Shown here piece by piece: positions 54,516-64,000 of a DNA stretch of 64,000 nt (the stretch's first letter is position 1; the number at the start of each line of letters is the position of its first letter). Source of the DNA: Vulcanimicrobiota bacterium (GTDB lineage Bacteria > Vulcanimicrobiota > Vulcanimicrobiia > Eremiobacterales > Eremiobacteraceae); the NCBI GenBank assembly GCA_963805945.1, contig CAWDVP010000006.1, positions 32,001 through 96,000 on the forward strand, in the 5' to 3' direction. A model generated the notes under the pieces. That model saw only the letters and a list, made by a program, of their open reading frames with translations, ran no database searches and was not told the DNA's origin. A program made the position numbers and the translations under genes.

Positions 54516-54905
54516 TTAGCGCTCGCGGGCGCCGTTCCGAACCGAGAGCTCCCAGCGATACCCGTCCGGATCGTGAAACCACAGGCCCATATGCGGCGAG
54601 TCCGGCGCTGTGGGGCCGATCTCGTCGCCGGGATCTTCCAGTTCTACGCCGTTTTTCTTCAGCATCTCGAGCGCTTCGTGTAGCGCGCGCATACTGTCGA
54701 GGTAAAACGACATGTGGTCAATCGTGTCCGGATGTGGTGTGCCTTTGAACAACCCGATGATAATTGCGTCGTTCGTCAGCGCGATGGCCTCATCGGACCG
54801 GAACATTTCATGCAGATCGAAGTTCTTGGTCCAAAACTGCGCGCTCTTCTCCGGGTCTCTGACGGCAAGGCTGAAATGCCAGACCGCGCCAAGTTGTACT
54901 TTCAC
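54516..54905 (-). CDS. VOC/glyoxalase-family protein
   Basis: HFSLAVRD, DHMSF, WFHDPDGYRWE; GAGG before the GTG start. Confidence 0.85.
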   Translation of the reverse strand: MKVQLGAVWHFSLAVRDPEKSAQFWTKNFDLHEMFRSDEAIALTNDAIIIGLFKGTPHPDTIDHMSFYLDSMRALHEALEMLKKNGVELEDPGDEIGPTAPDSPHMGLWFHDPDGYRWELSVRNGARER

Positions 54906-55229
54906 GTCCGTACCTCTTCGTAACGCATGAAGTCGCGGCTTGTACGCGCGGATGATGCGAGCTTTCTGCACATGCGTCAGGCCCCCGTCATTCCACCTCG
55001 ACACGGTAAATCATGCCCCTATAAACTCCCTGCAATCCTTTCAACTAGGCACCGGACGTTTGAAATGGCGCCAGAGGGGGTGGCTGATTCTGACCCCACT
55101 CCTTATTAACCCTCCATGTTCGCCGTGGGATACTGCACAATGCTCCAAAGACTTCCGGCCGTGCCCACAGATCCAATCGAATGGTGAAACGTCCGCTCGT
55201 CTGACCAGCGCGCCGTTACCGTTAACTAT

Positions 55230-56306
55230 CTAGTAGCCGGCGACTGCGACGATCGCGTCCGCAAACGCTTGCGGCGCCTCCTGCGGCACATCGTGACCGA
55301 TGCCGTAGAAGATCTGATGTGAGTACTTGCCGGTGAACTTGCTCCGGTACGCGGCGCCAGGGGCGTTCGCGCCGTCGAAATCGGTCGCAATCGTGATCGT
55401 GGGTTGGCTGATGGGTGGGCCTGCGTAGAGCTTGGTCTCGTAGCTGTCGTATTTCGGATCGCCCGGCGCGAGGCCGATGCGCCAGCGGTAATTATGGATC
55501 ACCATTGCGACATGATCGGGATTCTTGAACGACGCGGCCGTGTTGTCATAGGTCGCATCGGTGAAATGCCATTTTGGTGACTGGAGTGACCAGACGAACT
55601 TATTGAAATCGTAGGTATACTTCGTATAGCCGAGCACCCCGCGCTGCGTCGTGAAATACCACTGATACCAAAATGCGTATTCGGCCGGCGGTGGCGCCGG
55701 CTGCGCGTTCGCTGGCACGTTGGCGATCAAGTAACCGCTTGTGATCACCAATGCCTTCACGCGTTCGGGCCAAAGAATCGCCACGACGGCCGCCGTCCGC
55801 GATCCGATATCAAAGCCGCCGAGGATCGCCTGCTTGATGTTGAGCGCGTTCATCAGGTTGAAGACATCTTCGCCGCAGACCGATTGCTGCGCGGTGCGGA
55901 ATGTGTCGGCGGAAAGGAATGTCGTCGAGCCATAGCCGCGTTGGAACGGAACGATCACGCGATAGCCGGCCTGCGCGAGCAGCGGCGCGACGTCGACATA
56001 CGCGTGGATGTCGAACGGCCAGCCGTGCAACAGGATCACCGGCTGACCATCGGCCGGACCGACTTCTGCGTAGCCGATGTTCAAAACGCCCGCATTGATT
56101 TGCTTCATCGACGCAAACGAAGTGTTCTTGGGAGCCGACGGCGCCAGGTTCATCGCCTGATTTCCTCCGTTACTCGCCGAAGCTGCAGCGACAGCGCCGC
56201 CTGGTTGCGCGCTTGCGGGCTTAAGCATGCCGAGCTCGGCGGCGACGAGCGCCATCGCCGCTGTGCCGAAGAATCCGCGGCGGTTGAGGTTGAGATTCCT
56301 ATTCAT
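55230..56306 (-). CDS. Tat-exported alpha/beta hydrolase (epoxide hydrolase-like)
   Basis: NRRGFF Tat motif, LLHGWP, GFDIG, GHDVPQEAP. Confidence 0.88.
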   Translation of the reverse strand: MNRNLNLNRRGFFGTAAMALVAAELGMLKPASAQPGGAVAAASASNGGNQAMNLAPSAPKNTSFASMKQINAGVLNIGYAEVGPADGQPVILLHGWPFDIHAYVDVAPLLAQAGYRVIVPFQRGYGSTTFLSADTFRTAQQSVCGEDVFNLMNALNIKQAILGGFDIGSRTAAVVAILWPERVKALVITSGYLIANVPANAQPAPPPAEYAFWYQWYFTTQRGVLGYTKYTYDFNKFVWSLQSPKWHFTDATYDNTAASFKNPDHVAMVIHNYRWRIGLAPGDPKYDSYETKLYAGPPISQPTITIATDFDGANAPGAAYRSKFTGKYSHQIFYGIGHDVPQEAPQAFADAIVAVAGY

Positions 56307-56573
56307 CGTGTGCCCCTCCCAGACGGCTAATTGCTCCCTGGCACTTCTGCATAGTGAAATGGCTACTACAAGTGCCTGGTTTTTACGCCGGGAAAGCCAC
56401 TAGCCATTTGATTGCGCAAAATACCTGCTAGGAATTTGGTATCGCTTGCTGACATTGTGGTTCGAGCGAGCGGCGCGCCACAGCGAACATTTGTTTGAAG
56501 GGAGCACCATCCACCGCACATGGCTGCGTAAAACGTCGGAATAAATACTCTGTATCCGAATTGGAGGTCGTCA

Positions 56574-57029
56574 ATGGACAAAGTACAAGTAGAGCAGACG
56601 AGCTATGAGATGCCGCCCCGGGAGGGATTTACCGTCACGCATTTTCTCACCGTCGCCGACATCGAGCGATCGGCTCGATTCTACGAAAAGGTCTTCGGAG
56701 GTCGCATTCAGAGCAGAGGCGACAGCAGCGGCGCGCCAGGGTACATCCAGATCGCGAACACGTGGCTCATCGTCAACACCGGCGGCGGTCCGACACCCGA
56801 CAAACCATCGGTAACGCTCAGCGTCCCCGCCCACCCGGATTCAGTCAGCAGCTTTATGAATATACGCGTTGCGGATATTCAAGCGTGCTATGAACTATGG
56901 CGAAATCGGGGCGCCGAGTTCATCACAGAGCCAAAGGACAAGTATGGCGAGACGCGCTGCTACATCCGCGATCCTGACGGTTATATCATAGAGGTTGGGC
57001 AAAGCAAGCCGGGCATCGCTTACGGTTAA
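56574..57029 (+). CDS. VOC/glyoxalase-family protein
   Basis: LTVADIERSARFY, NIRVADI, YIRDPDGYIIE. Confidence 0.88.
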   Translation: MDKVQVEQTSYEMPPREGFTVTHFLTVADIERSARFYEKVFGGRIQSRGDSSGAPGYIQIANTWLIVNTGGGPTPDKPSVTLSVPAHPDSVSSFMNIRVADIQACYELWRNRGAEFITEPKDKYGETRCYIRDPDGYIIEVGQSKPGIAYG

Positions 57030-57060
57030 CGCTCGACCCAGATGGAATGCACGACGAAAA

Positions 57061-57091
57061 CGCGGTCCCCCGCCCGTCGGGGGGGACCGCG
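57061..57091. terminator. GC-rich hairpin between convergent genes
   Basis: cgcggtccccc ... gggggaccgcg. Confidence 0.5.
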
Positions 57092-57130
57092 GTGATCAGA
57101 GGGCTTTGCAGGACCGATTGACGTCACTCA

Positions 57131-58498
57131 TCATGCGTCCCCTTTTTGGAACGATCGGAAGCTCGCGCGAACGTCCTCGCAAAAGAGTTGCGGCTGTTCC
57201 CAGGCGGCAAAGTGGCCGCCGACGTCGTGCCTCTTGTAATGAACGAGCTTTGGATACGCTTTTTCAGACCAGCTGCGCGGCGCCTGGTAGAGCTCGTATC
57301 GGAACGCGCTCACGCCCACCGGTGTGGTAACGCCCTTGATGTCGAAGAAATCCAGTTTATTTTCCCAGTAGAGGCGAGCCGACGGGATCCCCGAGTTCGC
57401 CAGCCAGTAGAGAGTGACGTTGTCTAGGACATCGTCGCGCGACAAGCCGCCCGGGTGCCCGAAAAACGCGGGCGCAATCATCTCGTAACTGTCCTTGTCG
57501 TGGTCGAGCATCCAAGTCGCTAAGGCGATCGGCGAATCGCTGAGCCCGTAGAGCGTTTGCGGGCGGTTGCTCATTTCGACCGCGTAGCCGAGATGCTTTG
57601 CATAGAAATCGCTCAACTGCTCGAATGCCTGCAGTTCGTCGCCCGAAAGCGCCACAGGTGGCTTGGCGCCTGATTTCGCTGCAGCCAAGATGCCTGCCGG
57701 CACGGTGCCCGGCATGTTCGTGTGGATCGCGATCACCTTCGTCGGCGCAAGCAGCGCTAGCTCTTGCGTGACGTTAGCGCCCCAGTCACCACCCTGCGCG
57801 ACAAGCGATCATAACCAAGCCGCTCCATCAGCACGACCCAGGCCTTTGTGATGCGCACGGGATCCCAGCCCAACACTGTGGGTTCCGGCGAGAATCCGTG
57901 TCCGGGCATCGACGGGATCACGATGTGAAACGCGTCACTCGCGCTCGCGCCGTGCGCCGTGGGATTGGTCAGCGGCTCAATGATCTTGAGCTGCTCGATG
58001 ATGGATCCCGGCCAGCCGTGCGTCACGAGGAGCGGCAAGGCGTTGTCGTTTTTCGCGCGCACGTGAATGAATTGGATATACTTGACTGTCGATCTCGGTC
58101 ACGAACTGCGGTATTGCGTTGAGCTTCGCTTCGCACTTGCGCCAGTCATAGTCAGTCCCCCAATAGTGCGCGAGGGCCTGCGTCATCGCCAACTGCACGC
58201 CTTGCGTCTGGTCATTGACCAATTCGCGCGTGGGCCACCTCGTCGCGTTGATGCGACGGCGAAGATCGACGATTTGGTCTTCGGGAGCGGTGTAGTGAAA
58301 CGGGCGGATCGCGGTCGAAGCGCTGCCCGTCGCTTGCTGAACTTGTGCCACGGATGTATTCCTTTCTGAAGAATTCTCTGGCGCCTTGTTCGACTGCGCG
58401 CAGCCATACATGGCGAGCTGTGCGCCCGCAACGGTCATGGCGGCGGTGCTAACAAAACGGCGCCGATCGAGGGTAAACTCTGGGAGGCGACGTTTCAT
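57131..58498 (-). CDS. Tat-exported microsomal-type epoxide hydrolase (about 2 frameshifts)
   Basis: DRRRFV Tat motif, YDWRKCEAKLN, THGWPGS, DSPIALA, GGHFAAWEQP spread over three ORFs. Confidence 0.85.
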
Positions 58499-58753
58499 AT
58501 TGTCATCCCAAGCCGCGGGCACAACCGCTGGCTATCGGCTTTCGATGTGCAAATACGGGAATTTCGTAGCGAGCATGGTTGCCTGTTCCGCACATCCATC
58601 CTGCTAGGTATCTATGGTTGACGCTTGCGCGCGCGTCAACGAACACGCGTACGAAACCGTCCCAAGAGGGAAGCTGTTGACTTCACGTTCGGCTGAATCG
58701 GCTGAGGTGCCGGCTGAGACGCCCTCGCTTGCCGCGTTTGTGGAGAGCTGTCG

Positions 58754-59455
58754 TCAGCGGTTCTTCACGTTCACTTGATAGACCGATTGGATATCGTTGT
58801 AGTCGGCGACCGTGAGGAATCGCTCCCCGGCGCGGCCGTCGAGGCTGATGCCCCGCGATGGCGGCGGCGGCGTGCTCGACTGCTGGAACGGGTCGCGCAC
58901 GACCGCCGCATAGAAGCTCAAAGGTCTCGAGAAGATATCCGCGTGGTAATAGATCGTGGTCAAGATCATCGCGTTGTGCGAGCTGATCACGAGCAGCGGC
59001 GTCTCATCGTTGAGCAGCGCGACCAGCGACTTGAGCGCTCCGCGCGAGCCGCCGATCGGCGCCGAGAACAGGGCGGTGCCGGTCGTGTCGGTCACTGAAT
59101 GGTCGGCGTTGGCATACGTGTGGTTCAGGTACGTCGCGATCTGCGCTTGAGTCAGCGTGTCCGGCACGCTCGGGCCGAAGAGCGCCTTAAGGATGTCGGC
59201 TTGCGAGATGTCGCCCCCGTAAAACGCGATCATCATCGCCATAGACGATGCCCAACAGCCGGTTTGGGTCTGCGCGCGCTGGAACGCGAGGTCCATTGGA
59301 CGCGTCTCCACTTGCACGCCGCAGACGTACCCGCCGCCCACGCCGTAGACTTCCTTGCACGGTAGAGTGCCGGCGTCCGCAGGACGGCCGTGAGCGGAGA
59401 GCACGGCCGCACAGACGCCGGCGAACACCGCGAAAAGCATGACCCAACGCCGCAT
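58754..59455 (-). CDS. secreted papain-fold cysteine peptidase-like protein (C39/C70-like)
   Basis: Signal peptide; Q..GCWASS, SQADI, SHNAMIL, VRDP. Confidence 0.6.
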   Translation of the reverse strand: MRRWVMLFAVFAGVCAAVLSAHGRPADAGTLPCKEVYGVGGGYVCGVQVETRPMDLAFQRAQTQTGCWASSMAMMIAFYGGDISQADILKALFGPSVPDTLTQAQIATYLNHTYANADHSVTDTTGTALFSAPIGGSRGALKSLVALLNDETPLLVISSHNAMILTTIYYHADIFSRPLSFYAAVVRDPFQQSSTPPPPSRGISLDGRAGERFLTVADYNDIQSVYQVNVKNR

Positions 59456-59468
59456 CGCACTGTCCTCC

Positions 59469-60617
59469 TTATATCTTCGAGAGCATCGCCCCGCGATAGT
59501 AGAACGAGAGGATCGCGTTGATGCCCAGACCTTGGTCGGCCATATCCTTGGCGCCCCACTGGCTCATCCCCACCCCATGCCCGAAACCCGAGCCTTTCAC
59601 CACGATCGCGTCGCCCTCCAGCGCCAAAGATGCGATGCGCGTGCTCTTCACCAGATGCCGGCCCGCAAGGCGGCGGAACAGGGGTCCGGAGATGCTGCGC
59701 GTCCCGGTGCTGCCGGCGACCGTGACGCTGAGAAGCCTCCCCGACGAGTCAGCTGCGCCTGGAGTCACAGCCGTGATGGTCCCAATGTCGGCGACCTGTT
59801 CCGAAAACGCCTGCGCGAAGCTCGCGAGCGGCACGTCCGCCGACCACGAGAGATGCGGTGATTCGCCCGCGTATGGGTCGGGCGTCGCCTGCAAATACGG
59901 CTGCGGATCACCGAGATTCGCTCCATCCGCGGTGTAGCCGCCGTCGCACGACGAGTAGTACGCTTTGATCACATGATAGCGGTAGACGAGCACGACGCCG
60001 CGGGTGGATTCGACCGCGTCATCACCGGCCTGGTTCTCGTCGTTGACGCCGCCGTACGCCTGGTCTTGCTCGCCGGCCTTCACGTCGTAGCCCGGGTATT
60101 CGTGCAGCGCCGCGCGCGCGAGCGCATAGCTGCGCGAGGCGATCGCCTGCGCTTGGAGCGCGACCTCCGGCCACCCGGCACCCATCTCCGCGCCGACGAC
60201 GCCGTACAGGTATTGCTCCAGCTCGAGCTCGTCGATCACCTCGAGCGTGCCATCATCGTCGCGCACCACCCAGATCGCGCCGCGGTAGGTGCGGCCGTCC
60301 ACCACGATCGGCGCTTGTTGAAGCGGCGCCACCCAGATGCGCGCGCCGGTCGTCACCGCGCCGGCGAGGAGCACCCCGCCCGCTTGCGGGCGCACGTCGA
60401 TGACGGTGGTGATCTCGGGCTGGAACAGCGGGTCCCCGACGCTCCCGTTGACGCCGCGCACCACCAAACCGCCCTCGGAAGCGATGACCGTCTGCAATTG
60501 ATGCGACGCGAGCTGGACGCGGATGGTCTGCGCCCGCACCGGCGCAGCCGCCATCGCGACGATGATAAGCGCCAGGACCACAGCACGGTCGAATAAATTC
60601 GACCGCTCTATTATCAT
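59469..60617 (-). CDS. SpoIID/LytB-domain protein
   Basis: [44 protein letters not shown]. Confidence 0.93.
   Translation of the reverse strand: MIIERSNLFDRAVVLALIIVAMAAAPVRAQTIRVQLASHQLQTVIASEGGLVVRGVNGSVGDPLFQPEITTVIDVRPQAGGVLLAGAVTTGARIWVAPLQQAPIVVDGRTYRGAIWVVRDDDGTLEVIDELELEQYLYGVVGAEMGAGWPEVALQAQAIASRSYALARAALHEYPGYDVKAGEQDQAYGGVNDENQAGDDAVESTRGVVLVYRYHVIKAYYSSCDGGYTADGANLGDPQPYLQATPDPYAGESPHLSWSADVPLASFAQAFSEQVADIGTITAVTPGAADSSGRLLSVTVAGSTGTRSISGPLFRRLAGRHLVKSTRIASLALEGDAIVVKGSGFGHGVGMSQWGAKDMADQGLGINAILSFYYRGAMLSKI
60586..60609 (-). repeat. REP-like palindrome at the N-terminus of the SpoIID CDS
   Basis: AGAG-CGGTCGAAT-TT-ATTCGACCG, translated as ERSNLFDR. Confidence 0.75.
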
Positions 60618-61675
60618 AGCAGCCGTGGCTGGTCGCTCCCCGCCAAGCCGAGATGCGCTTTGGCCTTGGCCGTCGCGCGCCGCCCGCCAGCCGTGCGCTG
60701 CAAGAAGCCGATCTGGATGAGGAACGGCTCCACCACGTCGGTGAGCGTGCCTTCTTCTTCATTGACGCTCGCCGCAAGCGCTGCGATGCCCACCGGCCCG
60801 CCGCCGTACTGCACGATGAGCGCGCGCAGGAAATTGCGGTCGAGCGGATCGAGACCGAGCAGGTCGATGCCCTCGAGCGACAGCGCGGCCTGCGCGACCT
60901 CGCGATCGATGACGCCGTGCGCTTTCACCTCGGCGAAATCGCGCACGCGCCGCAGCAGCCGGTTCGCGATGCGCGGCGTGCCGCGCGCGCGGCCGGCGAT
61001 CTCCGCCGCGCCGTCGCCTTCGATGGTGACCCCGAGCACCGTCGCGGAATGCTCGACGATGCGCTGCAGGTCCTCAGCGGTGTAGTAATCGAGGTGATGC
61101 ACGATGCCGAAACGCTCGCGCAGCGGCGCGGTCATGAGGCCCGCGCGCGTCGTCGCGCCGACGAGCGTGAACTGCTTGAGGTTGATCTTGATCGTCTTGG
61201 CGTACGCGCCGCGGTCGACCATGAAGTCGATCGCGAAATCCTCCATCGCCGGGTAGAGGAACTCCTCGACGACGTGGCTGAGCCGGTGGATCTCGTCGAC
61301 GAACAGCACGTCGCCGCGTCCGAGATTGGTGAGGATGCCGACGAGGTCGCCGGGCCGTTCGAGCGTGGGGCCGGAGACCTGATGGAAGTTCGCGCCCATG
61401 TCGCGCGCGACGATGTTGGCAAGCGTCGTCTTGCCGAGGCCGGGCGGCCCGTGCAGCAGCACGTGATCGAGCGGCTCGGCGCGGCCTTTCGCCGCGGCGA
61501 TCGATATCTTGAGATTCTCGACGATCGTCTGCTGGCCGACGTAATGGTCGAAGCCCGTCGGCCGCAAGGTGACGGTGATGATCTGGTCTTCGACGCTCTC
61601 CGACGGCGCGACGAGCGGCTGGCGCTCGGGCATTGCGTCGCCGTCGCCAGTTGCGACCGGCCGCCGGGGGCTCAT
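60614..61675 (-). CDS. ruvB: Holliday junction helicase RuvB
   Basis: [36 protein letters not shown]. Confidence 0.97.
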   Translation of the reverse strand: MSPRRPVATGDGDAMPERQPLVAPSESVEDQIITVTLRPTGFDHYVGQQTIVENLKISIAAAKGRAEPLDHVLLHGPPGLGKTTLANIVARDMGANFHQVSGPTLERPGDLVGILTNLGRGDVLFVDEIHRLSHVVEEFLYPAMEDFAIDFMVDRGAYAKTIKINLKQFTLVGATTRAGLMTAPLRERFGIVHHLDYYTAEDLQRIVEHSATVLGVTIEGDGAAEIAGRARGTPRIANRLLRRVRDFAEVKAHGVIDREVAQAALSLEGIDLLGLDPLDRNFLRALIVQYGGGPVGIAALAASVNEEEGTLTDVVEPFLIQIGFLQRTAGGRRATAKAKAHLGLAGSDQPRLL

Positions 61676-62319
61676 CGGCGCTCGCCCTTGCGCTCGTCAG
61701 CGCCGCTACGCTGACGGCGGTACACTTCGGTCAAGAGATCCTCCGCGCTGGCGACGGCTCCGTTGGCCGCTAGCGCCTCCTTGATCATGCGATCGGCCTC
61801 GCCGCGCTTGTACTGGAGCTGCAGCAGCACCTCGGTGGCTTCGGCGACGAAGTCGGGCTGCGCTGCCGCCTGGCCTTCTTCTCCTTGGATCAGCCCGAAG
61901 CGCGCCACTTTGCCCTGCAGCTTGGCGATGATGTCTTTGGCTTTCTGGTCGCCGATACCCGGCAGGCGGCGCAGCGCGTTGCGGTCGCCGTCGTCGATGT
62001 AGCGCGCGATCTCCGCCATCGGCCGCGCGAACGCGCGCACCGCCGTCTTCGGCCCGACGCTCGACACGGTGAGCAGCGCTTCGAAGAACTCGCGCTCGAC
62101 GCTGTTGGTGAAGCCGATGTACGCCGCGGTGCCGCGGTTGCCGTCGATCTGCAGATACGAGAAGATCTCCAAACGCACCGGCTGGCCGAGCGGATGGGAA
62201 GCCAGCTTGTCCATGACGCAGCCGGGCAGCATGATGTCGTAGGAGATACCGCCCGCATCCACCAGCACCGACTGCTCGTGCCGCTCGCGCAGCGCGCCCT
62301 CGATCCGGGAGAACATCAC
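61672..62319 (-). CDS. ruvA: Holliday junction protein RuvA
   Basis: [15 protein letters not shown] HhH motifs; lies between ruvC and ruvB. Confidence 0.92.
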   Translation of the reverse strand: MMFSRIEGALRERHEQSVLVDAGGISYDIMLPGCVMDKLASHPLGQPVRLEIFSYLQIDGNRGTAAYIGFTNSVEREFFEALLTVSSVGPKTAVRAFARPMAEIARYIDDGDRNALRRLPGIGDQKAKDIIAKLQGKVARFGLIQGEEGQAAAQPDFVAEATEVLLQLQYKRGEADRMIKEALAANGAVASAEDLLTEVYRRQRSGADERKGERR

Positions 62320-62801
62320 GAAGCGCGCCGGCCGTTGCGGTTGGCGCAGGCGATCGCCAACGCCAGCGCGTCGGTGACGTCGGCGGGTTTGGGCGGACTT
62401 GCCAGACTGAGAAGCTGCGCGACCATCCTGCCGACCTGTTCTTTCGAGGCGGCCCCATTTCCGGCGATGGCGCGCTTGATGCTCGTCGCGGAAAAGGAAT
62501 AGACGTGCACGTGGGCTTGGGCGACCGCTGCCAGCAACGCGCCGCGCGCGTGCGCCATCATGATCGTCGTCTTCGGGTTCACCGCGCGGGCGAAGACCTC
62601 TTCGATGGCGACCGCATCCGGCTGGGTGGCCTTGATGATGGCGGTGATGCTCGCGCTGATGTCGCCGAGCCGCGCGGTGAACGTGTCGCTGACGTCGGTG
62701 GCTATGACCCCCGCCTCGACGAGCCGCATGCTCGCGCTGCGGATCTCGATGACCCCGTAACCGGTCGAGCGCACGCTCGGGTCGATGCCTAACACCCGCA
62801 T
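62316..62801 (-). CDS. ruvC: crossover junction endodeoxyribonuclease RuvC
   Basis: VLGIDP..TGYG, AIEEVF, GAASKEQV, DALALA. Confidence 0.95.
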   Translation of the reverse strand: MRVLGIDPSVRSTGYGVIEIRSASMRLVEAGVIATDVSDTFTARLGDISASITAIIKATQPDAVAIEEVFARAVNPKTTIMMAHARGALLAAVAQAHVHVYSFSATSIKRAIAGNGAASKEQVGRMVAQLLSLASPPKPADVTDALALAIACANRNGRRAS

Positions 62802-62808
62802 GGCGGCA

Positions 62809-64000
62809 TCACTTCCCGATGACGAGCGAAACGCCGTTATTACCCGAAGGCGGCGTGGTGCCGGCCGCGGGATCGCTGCTCAAGACCTTCGCATCTGCAG
62901 GCGAGCCGGGCAGCACCGTGACGCGATCGAGGTGATAGCCGCTGCGCTCCAACGCCGCCTTGGCTTGATCAACCGACATGCCGACGACGTTGGGTACCGG
63001 GGAGAGCGCCGCTGCACCGCTGGCGCCGGGCGCCGGCGAAGCGACGTCGCCGGCCGCCACCACGAGATCGATGGCCGCGCCCTCGCTGACGCGCGCGAAC
63101 GCGCCAGGCGTCTGGCTGAGCACCGTGCCGGCTGGTTTGTCGGGCACGGCGGCCTGCACGATGTTGCCGACCGCGAGGCCGGCGCCGACGAGGGTCTGCC
63201 GCGCGGCGTCCATGGTCTGTCCGACGACCTGCGGCACTTCGATCGCCGCCGGGCCGCCGCTCACGTCGACCATCACGGTGCCGCCCGGCGCGAGACCGCT
63301 GCGTTCGCTCGGGTCCTGGCTCAGGATCACGTGCGCGGGGATGTTGTTGACCGCCACCTCGGAGTTGACCGCGAGCTTGAGTCCGAGCTTGGCGAGCAGC
63401 GAGCGCGCGGAGTCCTCGTCCATCGACACGACGTTGGGCACCGTGACCATCTCCGGCCCGGCGCTCACGCTGATGACGACCGCGACCCCTTTGCCGAGCG
63501 GCGAGCCGGGCGCAGGATTGGTCGCGGCCACCAGGCCCTGCTTGATCGTCGCGTTATGCACCGGCTTGCCGAGGTGCACGGCGAAGCCTTGCGCGACGAG
63601 GAACTCTTGCGCGTTCTTCGGATCTTGCCCGAGCACGTTGGGCACCTCGACCGTGGGCGGGCCGTCGCTGACGAGCAGCGTGATCTTCGAGTCGCGGCCG
63701 ACGGTGGTGTTGAGCGCCGGATCGGTGCCCGCGATGAGGCCGCCCTGGACGGCGGGGTCGGCCTGCTGCTTGATCGCGACGTCATCGATCCCGAGCGCGT
63801 GCAGCGCGGTCACGGCCTCGGCGACCGACTTGCCGCCGAGGTCCGGCACCCGCAGCGTGCGGGAGGACGCTTGACGCGCGGCGACCAGGAGCGCGATCAA
63901 CACGAGCGCGACGACCAGACCGGCCGCCCACGCGATCGCGCGGTTCGCGCGCCACACCGGCACGGCTTCCTCGCGCGGCAGTGCGACATCCACCACCGGC
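62809..64000 (-). CDS. PASTA-repeat membrane protein (possibly the C-terminus of a PknB-like kinase; 5' part outside the window)
   Basis: TM followed by about five VP(D/N/Q)xxG PASTA repeats. Confidence 0.85.
   Translation of the reverse strand, partial: PVVDVALPREEAVPVWRANRAIAWAAGLVVALVLIALLVAARQASSRTLRVPDLGGKSVAEAVTALHALGIDDVAIKQQADPAVQGGLIAGTDPALNTTVGRDSKITLLVSDGPPTVEVPNVLGQDPKNAQEFLVAQGFAVHLGKPVHNATIKQGLVAATNPAPGSPLGKGVAVVISVSAGPEMVTVPNVVSMDEDSARSLLAKLGLKLAVNSEVAVNNIPAHVILSQDPSERSGLAPGGTVMVDVSGGPAAIEVPQVVGQTMDAARQTLVGAGLAVGNIVQAAVPDKPAGTVLSQTPGAFARVSEGAAIDLVVAAGDVASPAPGASGAAALSPVPNVVGMSVDQAKAALERSGYHLDRVTVLPGSPADAKVLSSDPAAGTTPPSGNNGVSLVIGK

Overview
A high-GC bacterial chromosomal segment, mostly core genome. 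The mix of outer-membrane genes (secretin, barrel-like proteins, MlaEFD) with YqeG, SpoIID and a PASTA-domain protein suggests a diderm Terrabacteria lineage such as Eremiobacterota; this assignment is inference. The first ~22 kb is a type IV pilus (T4P) locus interleaved with shikimate genes: pilT, pilC, a SigB/SigF-type sigma factor, a GT-C glycosyltransferase, three pilins (two nearly identical), pilD, a CRP regulator, pilMNOPQ and TPR proteins. The only PilB/GspE ATPase lies apart at 32.4 kb and carries an N-terminal PilZ domain. The rest includes priA, rpsT, glmM, tRNA-Gln, an ECF sigma/anti-sigma pair, mdh, xerC/D, an orphan pqqB, mlaEFD, rph, glmS, gmk, NFACT, queA, an AT-richer hydrolase/glyoxalase insert, spoIID and ruvCAB. 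Three signals stand out. (1) A sigma28-like motif, TA(A/C)N-N16-GCCGAT(A/G), sits upstream of pilT, crp, pilM and the distant PilZ-pilB, with its -10 part also before pilA1; CRP boxes precede both duplicate pilins. Together these suggest a pilus regulon under sigma, cAMP and c-di-GMP control. (2) A family of GGAG/GTAG palindromic REP-like repeats occurs, several copies lying in-frame inside protein-coding genes. (3) An Hcp-like protein carries a signal peptide. Many single-base frameshifts, including in housekeeping genes, look like sequencing errors.
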